Below, one piece after another: positions 42,375-51,842 of a stretch of DNA of 64,000 nucleotides. Source of the DNA: Gammaproteobacteria bacterium (lineage in GTDB: Bacteria > Pseudomonadota > Gammaproteobacteria > Eutrophobiales > Eutrophobiaceae); the NCBI GenBank assembly GCA_965221695.1, contig OZ244905.1:3136001-3200000 (forward strand), written 5' to 3'. The translations under genes and the position numbers were made by a program. Position 1 is the first letter of the stretch, and each line of letters starts with the position of its first letter. The notes below the pieces were generated by a model, which worked only from the letters and a program-made list of their open reading frames with translations, did no database searches and was not told the DNA's origin.

Positions 42375-43241
42375 GTGAAAAAATATCTGCTGGTGTGCTT
42401 GTTGTTGATGCCTGGCGCTTCCGCAATGGCGGTCGATGTCGGAGAAATGACCGTGTTGAAGGTATGCGCCGACCCGTTCATGCTGCCTTTTTCCAATCGC
42501 AAGGAACAGGGTTTTGAGAACAAAATAGCCGAGTTGTTTGCCGAGAAGCTGGGAGTGGACCTGCAGTACGAATTTTTTCCCCAGAGGATTGGCTTCATCC
42601 GCAATACTCTCAGGGCAGAATCCGATTCAGGTTCCGGCTACAAGTGCGACCTGGTGATGAGCGCGCCGGTTAATTTCGAACGGGCTGCTGCGACAAATCC
42701 GTATTATACGTCTTCCTATGCGTTGGTATTGGCAAAGGGGCGGGGCATGGATGATATCACTTCGCCTGAAATGCTGGTCGAAAAGGTTCAAGGCGGTCTG
42801 AAAATAAGGCTCGGCGTCACCGATCGAGGCCAGGACCAGTTCTGGGCGGCCGCGAACAACTTGATGGGGAGTATTGTGCCGTATCAGGGACAACCCGGCG
42901 ACCCCGAAAAGTATCCGGGCAAGACCCTGACCGAAGATATACTTGCCGGGAAAATCGATGCCGCGATTATCTGGGGACCCATCGCAGGCTATTTTGCCCA
43001 AACCATGGAAAGTGGCGAGGATCTTATCCTTCTGCCGTTAACTGATGATCCCACAAATCCCTACCTGAAGTTTACATTTACCGTGGCCATGGCAGTCAGA
43101 CACGGGGAACAGGAATGGCGTGACAAGGTGAACCAACTCATAGCCGAAAACCAGACGGAGATCAACGCCATTATGGAAGATTACGGTGTGCCGTTGTTAC
43201 CGCTGGAGAAAATCGAGATACGGGAAGATGATGATGATTAG
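42375..43241 (+). CDS. xoxJ: XoxJ/MxaJ-family periplasmic binding protein
   Basis: LKVCADP..LPFSN, GFENKIAE, GFIRNTL, CDLV, PYY.S.Y, WGPIAGY, YGVPL. Confidence 0.88.
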   Translation: MKKYLLVCLLLMPGASAMAVDVGEMTVLKVCADPFMLPFSNRKEQGFENKIAELFAEKLGVDLQYEFFPQRIGFIRNTLRAESDSGSGYKCDLVMSAPVNFERAAATNPYYTSSYALVLAKGRGMDDITSPEMLVEKVQGGLKIRLGVTDRGQDQFWAAANNLMGSIVPYQGQPGDPEKYPGKTLTEDILAGKIDAAIIWGPIAGYFAQTMESGEDLILLPLTDDPTNPYLKFTFTVAMAVRHGEQEWRDKVNQLIAENQTEINAIMEDYGVPLLPLEKIEIREDDDD

Positions 43242-43272
43242 CTTCGGCCTCAGGGGACACAGGGCTTGTTTC

Positions 43273-44040
43273 ATGTATAAAGGCTGGCAACTTGCATTTT
43301 ATGCGCTATGCTCTCTGTGGCTGATAGCAGCCGTGCCGGTTGTTGCCGAGGATGACAGTGGGGACGTGGAAGTGAAGGGCGCCACTCTTGGCAGAATGGG
43401 TGACCCCGCTGCAGTAGATCCGAATACCTTTGAGTTTGCCGACGCGGAGGTCAAACTTTGGCTGGATAATCACCTCAGGAACATAGGCAGTCCGGGCCGG
43501 CTCTATTACGACTTCGTCAAGAGCGGGACTTACGAGAAGGGCTTCAGCGATTCCATCTACCTGGATATTCTCAAGCTCAATGAGGATGGCAGCAAGGATG
43601 CGAACCTGGAGTTCTTCACTGCAGAAAGACAGCAGCAACCGCGCCGCGACAACCTGGTCGGCATCACCGGCAACCCGGTGCTGGTCGTATACATGCAGGG
43701 CGACGTGTACGAGATGAACCGGCTGACCAACGGCAGTTGGCGTTATTTCCAGCGGCGTATCAAGTCAGCGTTTGCCGAAGAAGCGAAAGTCGAGCCGGTC
43801 ACCTTTGAATATGACGGTATGGAGATGACCGGCGAAAAAATTTCCATCACCCCGTATATCAACGACCCCAGGCGCAGGCAATTCGCCGAGTTTGCCACCA
43901 AGCTGTACGAGTTCATATTATCCGATCAAGTCCCCGGGAAACTGTACCAGATCAAAACTGTCATTCCGGCAGGCTCACCAGACAGCGAACCGCTGATTGA
44001 AGAGGTGCTGACCCTGCAAAGCGCAGAATTTGCTAACTGA
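43273..44040 (+). CDS. Exported hypothetical protein co-directional with xoxJ
   Basis: Signal peptide, 255 aa, GNPV and PY..DP motifs; start uncertain. Confidence 0.65.
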   Translation: MYKGWQLAFYALCSLWLIAAVPVVAEDDSGDVEVKGATLGRMGDPAAVDPNTFEFADAEVKLWLDNHLRNIGSPGRLYYDFVKSGTYEKGFSDSIYLDILKLNEDGSKDANLEFFTAERQQQPRRDNLVGITGNPVLVVYMQGDVYEMNRLTNGSWRYFQRRIKSAFAEEAKVEPVTFEYDGMEMTGEKISITPYINDPRRRQFAEFATKLYEFILSDQVPGKLYQIKTVIPAGSPDSEPLIEEVLTLQSAEFAN

Positions 44041-44166
44041 CATTTCATTTACATGGATATACAGGATAGACAGGATGTAAAAAATTCTTCTTTATTCGGC
44101 ACAATAACTCTGCAAGAGTGCGTTGCCAAGGAAGTACTGACCAAGTCAGAGATTACCCTGTATGTA

Positions 44167-44202
44167 TTAGGAAGCACTGAGACTTAATCAGAGCTTCCTT
44201 AA
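44167..44202. repeat. Family A palindromic mini-element
   Basis: ttaggaagcactgagacttaatcagagcttcc+ttaa next to the fhcC stop. Confidence 0.65.
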
Positions 44203-44205
44203 TTC

Positions 44206-45027
44206 TCACCTGGCCGTATTGAGCAATACCATGATTTCGCCCTTGCCGTCGTTAGCAAGGTCGCCGGTATAAAGGCGTACTTCCGGGCCGAAATTGCGAA
44301 AGAACCGGTAGCGGCTTCCCATCAGCGACAATTGCTTGAAAAACAGTCGCAGGTATTCCATCTTCAACGCGCCGCAGTCTGTCAGGGTGGCGCCGATCCG
44401 GCTTGGCCGCCTGCCCAGGATGATACTCCCGCGCTTCATCCCGTAGCCGGGCAGCTTGCCGGCTTTGCCCAGGATCAATATCGTGCCGGCAACCATACCG
44501 GAGCCGCTGAAATCGCCCGCATCACCGCCGATCATGATCATGCCGCGCCGCATCCTGTCGCCGATACGGTTTCCGGCATTGCCCCAGACCGTGATCAGAC
44601 CGTCCCGCATCCCGTAAGCGCCGGTGGATGTGCCGGCCCCGATGTAATCGCCGGCGTCACCCTCCACGTCAATCCGGCCCCACTCCATATCACAGCCCAG
44701 CCACTCGCCGCAACTGCCGTTGACTTTGATTGCGCCGCCGCGCATACCGTGGCCGAGATGGCTGCCGCCATGGGCCTTGACGTCGATCTGCCCGCGGGTC
44801 ATCTGCGCGCCTATCCGGGTTACCAGTTCCGTGGTGCGGCGTAACTCGATATGTTCGGGATTTTCCCCGCTGATGGAAAACAGGTCGCCGACCCGGGCGG
44901 GCCGAGCGCCATAGGTGAGTTCGATATCGGCAATATTGTCCGCCGCCGACAGCCGGTCCGGTGTCAGCGCCGACAAGTCCAGCAGCCGCTGAGGTTTTTT
45001 CTTCAGGGTGAAGATCAAGGGTTTCAC
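44206..45027 (-). CDS. fhcC: Formyltransferase/hydrolase complex subunit C
   Basis: LD...L.PD, GxxM.xG.I.V.G beta-helix repeats, GDRMRRG, GDLA..GKGEI. Confidence 0.9.
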   Translation of the reverse strand: MKPLIFTLKKKPQRLLDLSALTPDRLSAADNIADIELTYGARPARVGDLFSISGENPEHIELRRTTELVTRIGAQMTRGQIDVKAHGGSHLGHGMRGGAIKVNGSCGEWLGCDMEWGRIDVEGDAGDYIGAGTSTGAYGMRDGLITVWGNAGNRIGDRMRRGMIMIGGDAGDFSGSGMVAGTILILGKAGKLPGYGMKRGSIILGRRPSRIGATLTDCGALKMEYLRLFFKQLSLMGSRYRFFRNFGPEVRLYTGDLANDGKGEIMVLLNTAR

Positions 45028-45920
45028 CGTAAAATGTCCCTCAGGTGAAAATGGTAAGGTCCCAATTTGCCGCCGTAATTGCCAGCGCCGACTCGATAGA
45101 TGCCCTTGTCGGGTCCGTTTTCGCAGACCGCTTCGATGCCTGCGCGCATGGCCTCGCTGATCGCGCCTTCGCTGAGGCCATCAATGACGATCTCCAGCAC
45201 GGAACCGATCTCTTCGGTGAGCTCACTGTTTACCCGGCCTTTCAGGGTTGGGCAGAACAACTCGTTGGTCGATGCCGGCAAAAACGAGTACTTGGATCCC
45301 ACCTTGGAGCCGGACCCGACGATGCCGCCGGGGAACGTGGTGACTGCGCCTTCCACTGCTCTGATGGCTTTTACCGCTTTTTCACAAGCATTCAGGCCGT
45401 GGCGGGAGGTTTTGGCCATTACCAGGAAGTTGCCGCCACCAATGGCGGGGACCACGCCGGTGGTCTCTTCACACAGGAATTCGCCATGCATCACCGGGAT
45501 GCGCCAGTAGCGGATGCCGCGCAGTATCTTTGAGATCTGGTAACCGTCGCCGAAATATCTCAGGCTTTTGCCCAGGGGCAACATGGTGTCGCTGTGGGTG
45601 CCGGCAAAACAGGCGCTGGTCGCGGTGGTCATTACCGACTGCCCGACGCGCCGGGTAAGCTGGTCCGCCAACTGGGATTTGGACATCGCAAACATGATGA
45701 TCGCCACACCGGGCCTGCCGTCAGGGGTTTCATCCGGCCTGAGCTCCCGTTCGATGTCCGCCTCGCAACCGCAGGCGATCACGGACGAGGCGAAACCGGT
45801 CAGCGAGTTGGCTGCGATATAGGCATACTTCATCGTCATGGCGGTAATGATCAGCCGCGTTGCCTTCATAGGGAAGGCCTCGGCAAAAGTATCATCAATG
45901 CTTACACCGTTAATATTCAT
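45024..45920 (-). CDS. fhcD: Formylmethanofuran:H4MPT formyltransferase (Fhc copy)
   Basis: DTFAEAF, GFA.SVI.CGCEA, TPDGRPG, LRYFGDG, GSKVGSKY, GNYGGKLG. Confidence 0.93.
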   Translation of the reverse strand: MNINGVSIDDTFAEAFPMKATRLIITAMTMKYAYIAANSLTGFASSVIACGCEADIERELRPDETPDGRPGVAIIMFAMSKSQLADQLTRRVGQSVMTTATSACFAGTHSDTMLPLGKSLRYFGDGYQISKILRGIRYWRIPVMHGEFLCEETTGVVPAIGGGNFLVMAKTSRHGLNACEKAVKAIRAVEGAVTTFPGGIVGSGSKVGSKYSFLPASTNELFCPTLKGRVNSELTEEIGSVLEIVIDGLSEGAISEAMRAGIEAVCENGPDKGIYRVGAGNYGGKLGPYHFHLRDILR

Positions 45921-45953
45921 GTTAAGGTATTCTCTGTGACCTCTGTGGCTATG

Positions 45954-47603
45954 TTACTTGCAATCATGTACCAGCAGTGAATGTTGATTACAGGCTTCCA
46001 GCTCGTCTCGGCCGATCTTGAAATTCTCCAGGCTCATGGTCATGTACCTGTCAAAATACTGTTTAAGCGGTTTCTCAATGCCCGCGTCGTAGTCCGGTTC
46101 GACCACGTGAGTGGAGGTGGCCGGGATGGCGCAGACTTTACCGTCCCTGACGCAGAGTTCGCCGCGCTTGAATACGTATTCCGGTCTGCTGAACATGGTC
46201 TCGCGGTTGGCGTCGGGTTGGTACACGGTGATATCCGCGGTGGCGCCGATGCCCAGGTGGCCCAGGTCCCTGAGCCCCAGGCTTCTTGCCGGCGCGGCGC
46301 GGGTGATAATCGCGATCTCGTACAAGGAATATTCCCGGTCGATCGAGGACAGGATGCTGGCATCGGCTGCGTCCTTGTTTATCGTGCCCAGCATGTCGTC
46401 GCGAAAACCCTTGTCCATCAGCAGCCTGACCAGGTGCGGGTAAAAGGTAAACGGCGCGCCGTTAGGGTGGTCGGTGGTCATGAACACGCGCCAGGGATCA
46501 TCGACGAGCAGGAATATTTCGAGGCCGATGCACCACTGCAACGCGTTGACAAAATTCTTGTCCCGGTAACGGAACGGCACAACACCGCAGCCTGCCTCGC
46601 ATTCAATGTCCATGCACATCCATTTTTTCGGATGGGCATGAACATGCCCCTTATGCTGTATCATCGTGTCCGCCGACGCGGTGACCGTCTGGCCGAACAT
46701 GACCTGGCCGACATCTATCGACAAGTTTGCGTTCCTGTTCACTGCCTCCGCTACCTGCGCGGCCGCGGACGAGAATTTTCTGTCGCCCTCCTGCCCGTAG
46801 CTGTGGAATTGCACGTGGGTCAGGTGCACCGGTCTGCCCTCGGCCGCAGCAATGGTATCGAGTGTTGTCCGGAAATTGCCGGGCACGCCCAGGTTGCAGG
46901 CATGCACATGCAGGGGATGGGGTACGCCGGTAGCATCCAGCGCATCCAGCAATGCGGACAGAATCGCCCGCGGCGTCAGTCCGTAATGTTTGTTGGATTC
47001 ATCCAGGTCCAGTTTTCTCTGGTTGAACTTGAACGCGCTGATCCCACCCGGATTGACCACCTTGACTCCCATCGCCCGGGTTGCCTGTATGGTCCAGGCC
47101 ACGTAATCGTTAACAAGCTGCCGGTCCTTATTGCGTTCAAGCAGGCGCAACAGGAAGTCATCATTACCCAGCAGAACATAGGCGCCCGTGTCCAGCATGG
47201 GCGTATCGGCCATTTCCAGGTGCGAGTGACGGGCGTTCATCGGCATCATCGCCGGTTCGAAACAAGAGGTATAACCCATTTCGGCATAGCGGTAGCCGGT
47301 GACGAAACTGCTTGGGGCGATAGCGCCAGATCCCGAACGCAACAGCTTGTCCGATGCGGTGATATTATTGCTGTGGTCATCCGCCAGCAACATCCTGGCG
47401 ATGTTGACCTTGCCGCCGCCGATATGGGTGTGGATATCGATACCGCCCGGCATGACGATGCGTCCGTCCAGGTCCACCACGCGGTCGATCCTGCTTGCGC
47501 GCGCCGGATCGGCGAGCCTGCCGTCCTTGATATACAAGTCCATGATGCTGCCGTCTATCCCGTTTGTCGGGTCGTAGACCTTGCCGCCTTCGAGCTTGAT
47601 CAT
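45954..47603 (-). CDS. fhcA: Formyltransferase/hydrolase complex subunit A (amidohydrolase)
   Basis: DIHTH, KVVNPGG, HVH, THVQFHSYG, TTDHPNG; ATG 47603 overlaps the fhcB stop. Confidence 0.92.
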   Translation of the reverse strand: MIKLEGGKVYDPTNGIDGSIMDLYIKDGRLADPARASRIDRVVDLDGRIVMPGGIDIHTHIGGGKVNIARMLLADDHSNNITASDKLLRSGSGAIAPSSFVTGYRYAEMGYTSCFEPAMMPMNARHSHLEMADTPMLDTGAYVLLGNDDFLLRLLERNKDRQLVNDYVAWTIQATRAMGVKVVNPGGISAFKFNQRKLDLDESNKHYGLTPRAILSALLDALDATGVPHPLHVHACNLGVPGNFRTTLDTIAAAEGRPVHLTHVQFHSYGQEGDRKFSSAAAQVAEAVNRNANLSIDVGQVMFGQTVTASADTMIQHKGHVHAHPKKWMCMDIECEAGCGVVPFRYRDKNFVNALQWCIGLEIFLLVDDPWRVFMTTDHPNGAPFTFYPHLVRLLMDKGFRDDMLGTINKDAADASILSSIDREYSLYEIAIITRAAPARSLGLRDLGHLGIGATADITVYQPDANRETMFSRPEYVFKRGELCVRDGKVCAIPATSTHVVEPDYDAGIEKPLKQYFDRYMTMSLENFKIGRDELEACNQHSLLVHDCK

Positions 47604-48835
47604 CCGGGTTGGTCCGTGAGTTGTGAGATGATGCGGTTGATGATCCCGGCGGCGCTCTGCGAACCGGAATCTCTGAGCTTTTTCAGGGGCAGGCTGATGA
47701 CTCCGTCCGTCCGGAACAGCGTGCCGGCATGATCGATGCCCGGGATGCCTGTCGGAATGAAAACGTCGGCGCTGTTCGCGCCGGCACGAAACGGGGATAG
47801 AATCACGGTTGGGACGCCCAGGGATGGAGGCGCTTCCTCGGTAAACCCCGATATCCACAACAAGCTGTCTATGTCCGCCGTGTGTGCGCCGGCGCCGGAC
47901 GGACGTCCATCGTTGAAATTCAGCGCCGCCGGGAAGCCGGTCTGCCAGGTGGCGACGCTGTGCCAGGCTGCGCCGCCATTGCTGCCGCCCAAGGATAAAC
48001 CGGCAAATCGTTGTTTTGCGTTCAGGTCGCGCAACAAGTCCTGCGCCGAACCGATGACCAGGTCGGCCTGGTCCGCCGGGAGGGCTGCCGCGTTCCATAC
48101 CAGTACGCCGTATTGTGCGTCTCTGACCAGGTCGGCAACCTGTTCCAACTTACGCGCTTTTGGTGCGGATATAGGACTGCAATCCGGCAGTTGCCGGCCG
48201 GTCAGTCGGGCGCGCAGCAGCGCCAGGTTTTCGGCAACCTCATCGTTGCGGCCGGAAATGATGAGGCGCTCATGGCCGTCGCAGCCAGCCAGTTCAGTCC
48301 GCCCCGGCCGGCCCAGGTAGGCCAGTTTTCTGCCGGCCGCAGCAAACAGCGAATGGGGTGTGTTGATGAAGCGCTCGATGAACCGGGGATAAGCGCCGGT
48401 CACGTTATTACCGATAAAGATAATCGTGTCCGCCCGATTTTTTACTTCGGCGAGAGTGGTCGTGATCCCGCCCCGGGACTGCAGCGCTTTCAGGTTACGC
48501 CAGGCATGACCTTCAGTGGAATGGCGTAGCGCGGCATCTGTCTTTTCGGCCAGTTGCAATGCTGCGCGCAAGCCGTTAACGTCTGTGCCAAGACCCGCAA
48601 TCAGCGGTTTATGGGACTTATGCAGGAGTTTTGCCGCGGCGCTGATGGCCCGTTCCACGGTCGCCGGCGCGCCTTTTATGGCCGCTTCAGGCATCGGCAG
48701 CGGGGCGGAAAAGCCCTGCTTGGCAAGTCGGCACGCATTCGCGGAGACCCTGAGTTGCCGCCTCTTTGTGCGCAGCGTCAGGTCATCGCATAACAGGCTG
48801 CAAAACGGGCAGGTTACATTTACTGCTGCTTGCAT
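47600..48835 (-). CDS. fhcB: Formyltransferase/hydrolase complex subunit B (no Mo/W Cys ligand)
   Basis: CPFCSLLCDD, TTLAEVKNRAD, WQTGFP, PGIDHAG..FR.DGV; no Cys where FwdB has SVCHG. Confidence 0.88.
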   Translation of the reverse strand: MQAAVNVTCPFCSLLCDDLTLRTKRRQLRVSANACRLAKQGFSAPLPMPEAAIKGAPATVERAISAAAKLLHKSHKPLIAGLGTDVNGLRAALQLAEKTDAALRHSTEGHAWRNLKALQSRGGITTTLAEVKNRADTIIFIGNNVTGAYPRFIERFINTPHSLFAAAGRKLAYLGRPGRTELAGCDGHERLIISGRNDEVAENLALLRARLTGRQLPDCSPISAPKARKLEQVADLVRDAQYGVLVWNAAALPADQADLVIGSAQDLLRDLNAKQRFAGLSLGGSNGGAAWHSVATWQTGFPAALNFNDGRPSGAGAHTADIDSLLWISGFTEEAPPSLGVPTVILSPFRAGANSADVFIPTGIPGIDHAGTLFRTDGVISLPLKKLRDSGSQSAAGIINRIISQLTDQPG

Positions 48836-50199
48836 CAATCCAGCAAGGCCAACATTTCGCTGACACGGGTGTACTTCTCCCTGGGTTTGCCCGCGGATTC
48901 GCCTCGGGCAATCTCGGTATCATCGATTTTTTTCCAGTCTGTAAAGCTGATGTGGCGGATATTGCGCCGGTCGAGAAGTTCGTAGCAGGCTTCAGCGCCG
49001 CGCCGCTGTTTACCGTCGTCCAGCCGGTCCAGGTCTTGCAGCAGCATCCCTACTGTTTCCACGCTGTCTGCCTTGTTGGTGCCGATGATGCCGGTGGGGC
49101 CGCGCTTGATCCACCCGGCGGTGTACAATCCCGGTTCCACCGTTCCGTCCCTGGTGATCCTGCCTTGATCATTGGAGAAAACCCCGCGGGATTCGTCGAA
49201 CGGCACGCCGGGCATGGGCACGCCGTGGTAGCCGATACTGCGAAAGACAATGCCGGTATCCAAGGTAAATGTTTCTCCGCTACCTCTTGCCGATTGCCGA
49301 AACGCCTCTCCCGATAAGCTGTTTTTTTCTATCAGCAAGCGTTCCACCTTGCCATCGCCGAGTATTTCTCTGGGGCTCTTCAGGAAAGTGAAAATACAGC
49401 GCCTGTCCTTGGCTGTCTCCCGGTCGGCAAATCCGCAGAACAGGTCATAGATTTTTTTGTTGCCGGTATTTCCCAGTTCAGCTTCGCTTTCCGGGTTCAG
49501 CGCCAGTTCGCCCGCGTCTATCACCGGGTCACAGGTGTCCAGGACACCGAATTCCTTCAGCTCCTTGGACGTGAACTTGGCTTGCGCCGGCCCGCGGCGG
49601 CCAATGACGTAGATATTTTTTACCTTGCTCTCGGCCAGCGCTTCCAGTGCATGTGCAGCGATATCCGTATGCTTCAATTCATCAACGGTCTTGGCCAGGA
49701 TCCGGCTCACGTCGGCGGCCACGTTGCCCTGGCCGATTATGACGGCGGTTTCATGGGACAGGTCAAACTGCCTGTCGCGATAATCGGGATGGCCGTTATA
49801 CCAGCCGACAAATTCCGTTGCCGTGTAACTGCCCTGCAGGTCTTCACCGGGGATGCCCAGGCGTCGGTCGGTTTCAGCCCCGCAGGTAAGAATCACCGCG
49901 TGGTGGGCGGCGCGCAATTCGTCAATGCTGATGTCCTTGCCCGCAGTCACGTTTCCGAGATAGTTGAATTGTTCCGCCTCGGCAAGCCTGGCGTAGACCT
50001 TGATAGCCTGTTTCAGTTTCGGGTGATCGGGCGCAACGCCGCTTCTTACCAGGCCATATGGTACAGGCAAGCGTTCGAACATGTTGATGCGGACCTGGAT
50101 ATCGGCTTTGATCAGCGCGTCAACCGCGTAAAATCCACTGGGGCCGCTACCGACGATAGCGACTGTCAGCGGATTGTCTGGTGTTCCTAATCGAGTCAT
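48835..50199 (-). CDS. Ferredoxin-NADP+ reductase (FprA/adrenodoxin-reductase family)
   Basis: GSGPSG, GL.R.GVAPDH, WYNGHP, GQGNVA.D, GRRGP.QAKFT.KEL, GWIKRGPTG.IGTN. Confidence 0.92.
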   Translation of the reverse strand: MTRLGTPDNPLTVAIVGSGPSGFYAVDALIKADIQVRINMFERLPVPYGLVRSGVAPDHPKLKQAIKVYARLAEAEQFNYLGNVTAGKDISIDELRAAHHAVILTCGAETDRRLGIPGEDLQGSYTATEFVGWYNGHPDYRDRQFDLSHETAVIIGQGNVAADVSRILAKTVDELKHTDIAAHALEALAESKVKNIYVIGRRGPAQAKFTSKELKEFGVLDTCDPVIDAGELALNPESEAELGNTGNKKIYDLFCGFADRETAKDRRCIFTFLKSPREILGDGKVERLLIEKNSLSGEAFRQSARGSGETFTLDTGIVFRSIGYHGVPMPGVPFDESRGVFSNDQGRITRDGTVEPGLYTAGWIKRGPTGIIGTNKADSVETVGMLLQDLDRLDDGKQRRGAEACYELLDRRNIRHISFTDWKKIDDTEIARGESAGKPREKYTRVSEMLALLD

Positions 50200-50324
50200 G
50201 ATGCACCCAGTTGGTAAAAAAAGAGAAATATATCCCGAACGCCCGACGCCGCGCAGTCCGGGGCCGTTCGAAGATGAACCGAGGAGAACCTATTGCAATT
50301 CACAGGTTCCCTGATGTAATTTAA

Positions 50325-50474
50325 CGAAGCTCTGACAAGTCCATCCTGGACTTGTCAGAGCACGCAAAACAAAAATGCGATTTTTGTTTTGCCCTCAAAT
50401 TCAATGACTTATCGTCATCGAATTTGGCGATACATCCCTGTATCGCAGGAACCTCTGACTTAATCAGAGGTTCT
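50325..50474. mobile_element. Full-length family A MITE-like element (~150 bp)
   Basis: TTAA|cgaagctctga...tcagaggttct|TTAA; left half near-identical to 57907-57975; several internal hairpins. Confidence 0.7.
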
Positions 50475-50496
50475 TTAATTTCAGGCTGGTATTTAT

Positions 50497-50802
50497 TCAA
50501 AAGCCCAGGGCAGCTTTCCTTTCGTCCGCGCCGGGCAACGGGTCCATGGTATCGGTGATGACCGGCAATACCTTGGAACGTTCTGCATTGATTTCTATCC
50601 ACTCATGCTTGTCTTCCGGCAGGTCATCTTCTTCGTAGATGGCCTCGACCGGGCATTCCGGGAGGCATGCGCTGCAGTCGATGCAGACCTCCGGATCGAT
50701 GTACAGCATCTGATCATCGTAATGGAAGCATTCCACCGGGCAGACCGCGACGCAGTCGGTATAACGGCAGTCTTTACAGTTGTCGGTAACGATTGTTGTC
50801 AT
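50497..50802 (-). CDS. 7Fe ([3Fe-4S][4Fe-4S]) ferredoxin, FdxA type
   Basis: VTDNC..C.YTDCV.VCPV.CF and I.P..CIDC..C.PECP as in Azotobacter ferredoxin I; AGGAG RBS. Confidence 0.9.
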   Translation of the reverse strand: MTTIVTDNCKDCRYTDCVAVCPVECFHYDDQMLYIDPEVCIDCSACLPECPVEAIYEEDDLPEDKHEWIEINAERSKVLPVITDTMDPLPGADERKAALGF

Positions 50803-50951
50803 GATTATCTCCTGTTTAGCCCGGATTTCTTACCAGACTGCTTAATATTGAAGGAAACCTGCTTTTCTGCTTATCGTCAATGAGGTAAATCTTATTAGCA
50901 TGTCGCCGCTACACACTGCGCACGATGCGCTGTTGCGCGATATTACCCGTT

Positions 50952-51761
50952 TTATCCTGCATATAATAGTATTTCTCCCCGGTTCATCTCAACACTGTCG
51001 CCGCAATAGCGTTTGTACGAACCCTGCAGGTATTCTTCGGCGCTTGCGAATACCCGGGACAGGCGCAACAGGTACAGCGTCATGTAGCCCGGCCGGTAAG
51101 TGCATGAATAGCTGAACGTGGGCAGTAACGGCGCATCTTTCATACTGATGATGGAACCCCGTTTCATCCCTGCGCCGGTGCGGATGCCGAGTTCCCCGAA
51201 TACGAAAATACTGCCGGAGAGCATGTTGACGCCGGTGAAGTCGCCGCTGTTGCCGGCGACGGCGATTAGCCCGTTACGCATTGCGTTGCCGGTCTCGTTG
51301 CGAACATTGCCGTGAATGATGATTTCCCCGCCGGTCATTCCCATGCTTGCGCCCCGGTAAGCGCTGCCGACCAGGTGACCGGCATTGCCGCGGATTTCAA
51401 TTCTTCCTCCGGACATCTCCGGCCCGACCCAGTCGGCGGCATTGCCGTCGATGAGGATTTCGCCGCCGCTCATGGCAGCGCCCAGGTGTTCGCCGACATC
51501 GCCTTCGACCCGGATCGTCCCCTGTGACATGCCGGCGCCGATGAATTTCGCCCGCTCCAGGTGATCACCTTGCAGTTCAATGGTTCCGTCATAGCTGCCG
51601 GCAACATTGAAAAAATCGCCGATTACCCGGCGTTCGCTGCCGTGCATCACCACCAGTTTCTCCACGCCCGCCGCATCCTGGCCGATAAGCCGGGCAGGAG
51701 TGATGTTGTCTGCCTCTATGGGCACATCCGGCGCGGCAACCTGTTTCAGTATTAAGGGCAT
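50952..51761 (-). CDS. fwdC: Formylmethanofuran dehydrogenase subunit C
   Basis: VP.EA..I.P, IGA.M..G, GSAYRG...GM.GG, GAGMKRG beta-helix repeats. Confidence 0.88.
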   Translation of the reverse strand: MPLILKQVAAPDVPIEADNITPARLIGQDAAGVEKLVVMHGSERRVIGDFFNVAGSYDGTIELQGDHLERAKFIGAGMSQGTIRVEGDVGEHLGAAMSGGEILIDGNAADWVGPEMSGGRIEIRGNAGHLVGSAYRGASMGMTGGEIIIHGNVRNETGNAMRNGLIAVAGNSGDFTGVNMLSGSIFVFGELGIRTGAGMKRGSIISMKDAPLLPTFSYSCTYRPGYMTLYLLRLSRVFASAEEYLQGSYKRYCGDSVEMNRGEILLYAG

Positions 51762-51842
51762 GTCAGAAATCCGTACGAGGCACTAAGTAACTTCTGATTA
51801 ACTCAGCGGTTACTACGATACAAGGATGTTTCCCTGATTTCA

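Noticed and set aside
45981-47732. 583-aa ORF antisense to fhcA, and similar long antisense ORFs (1907-3067, 20055-21068, 27558-28565, 39978-41141)
   Set aside because: Shadow ORFs expected opposite real genes in GC-rich DNA; no recognisable motifs
47604-48098. N-terminal extension of FhcA to 714 aa in the ORF track
   Set aside because: Overlaps fhcB in another frame; homology starts at MIKLEGG (ATG 47603, ATGA-coupled to fhcB)
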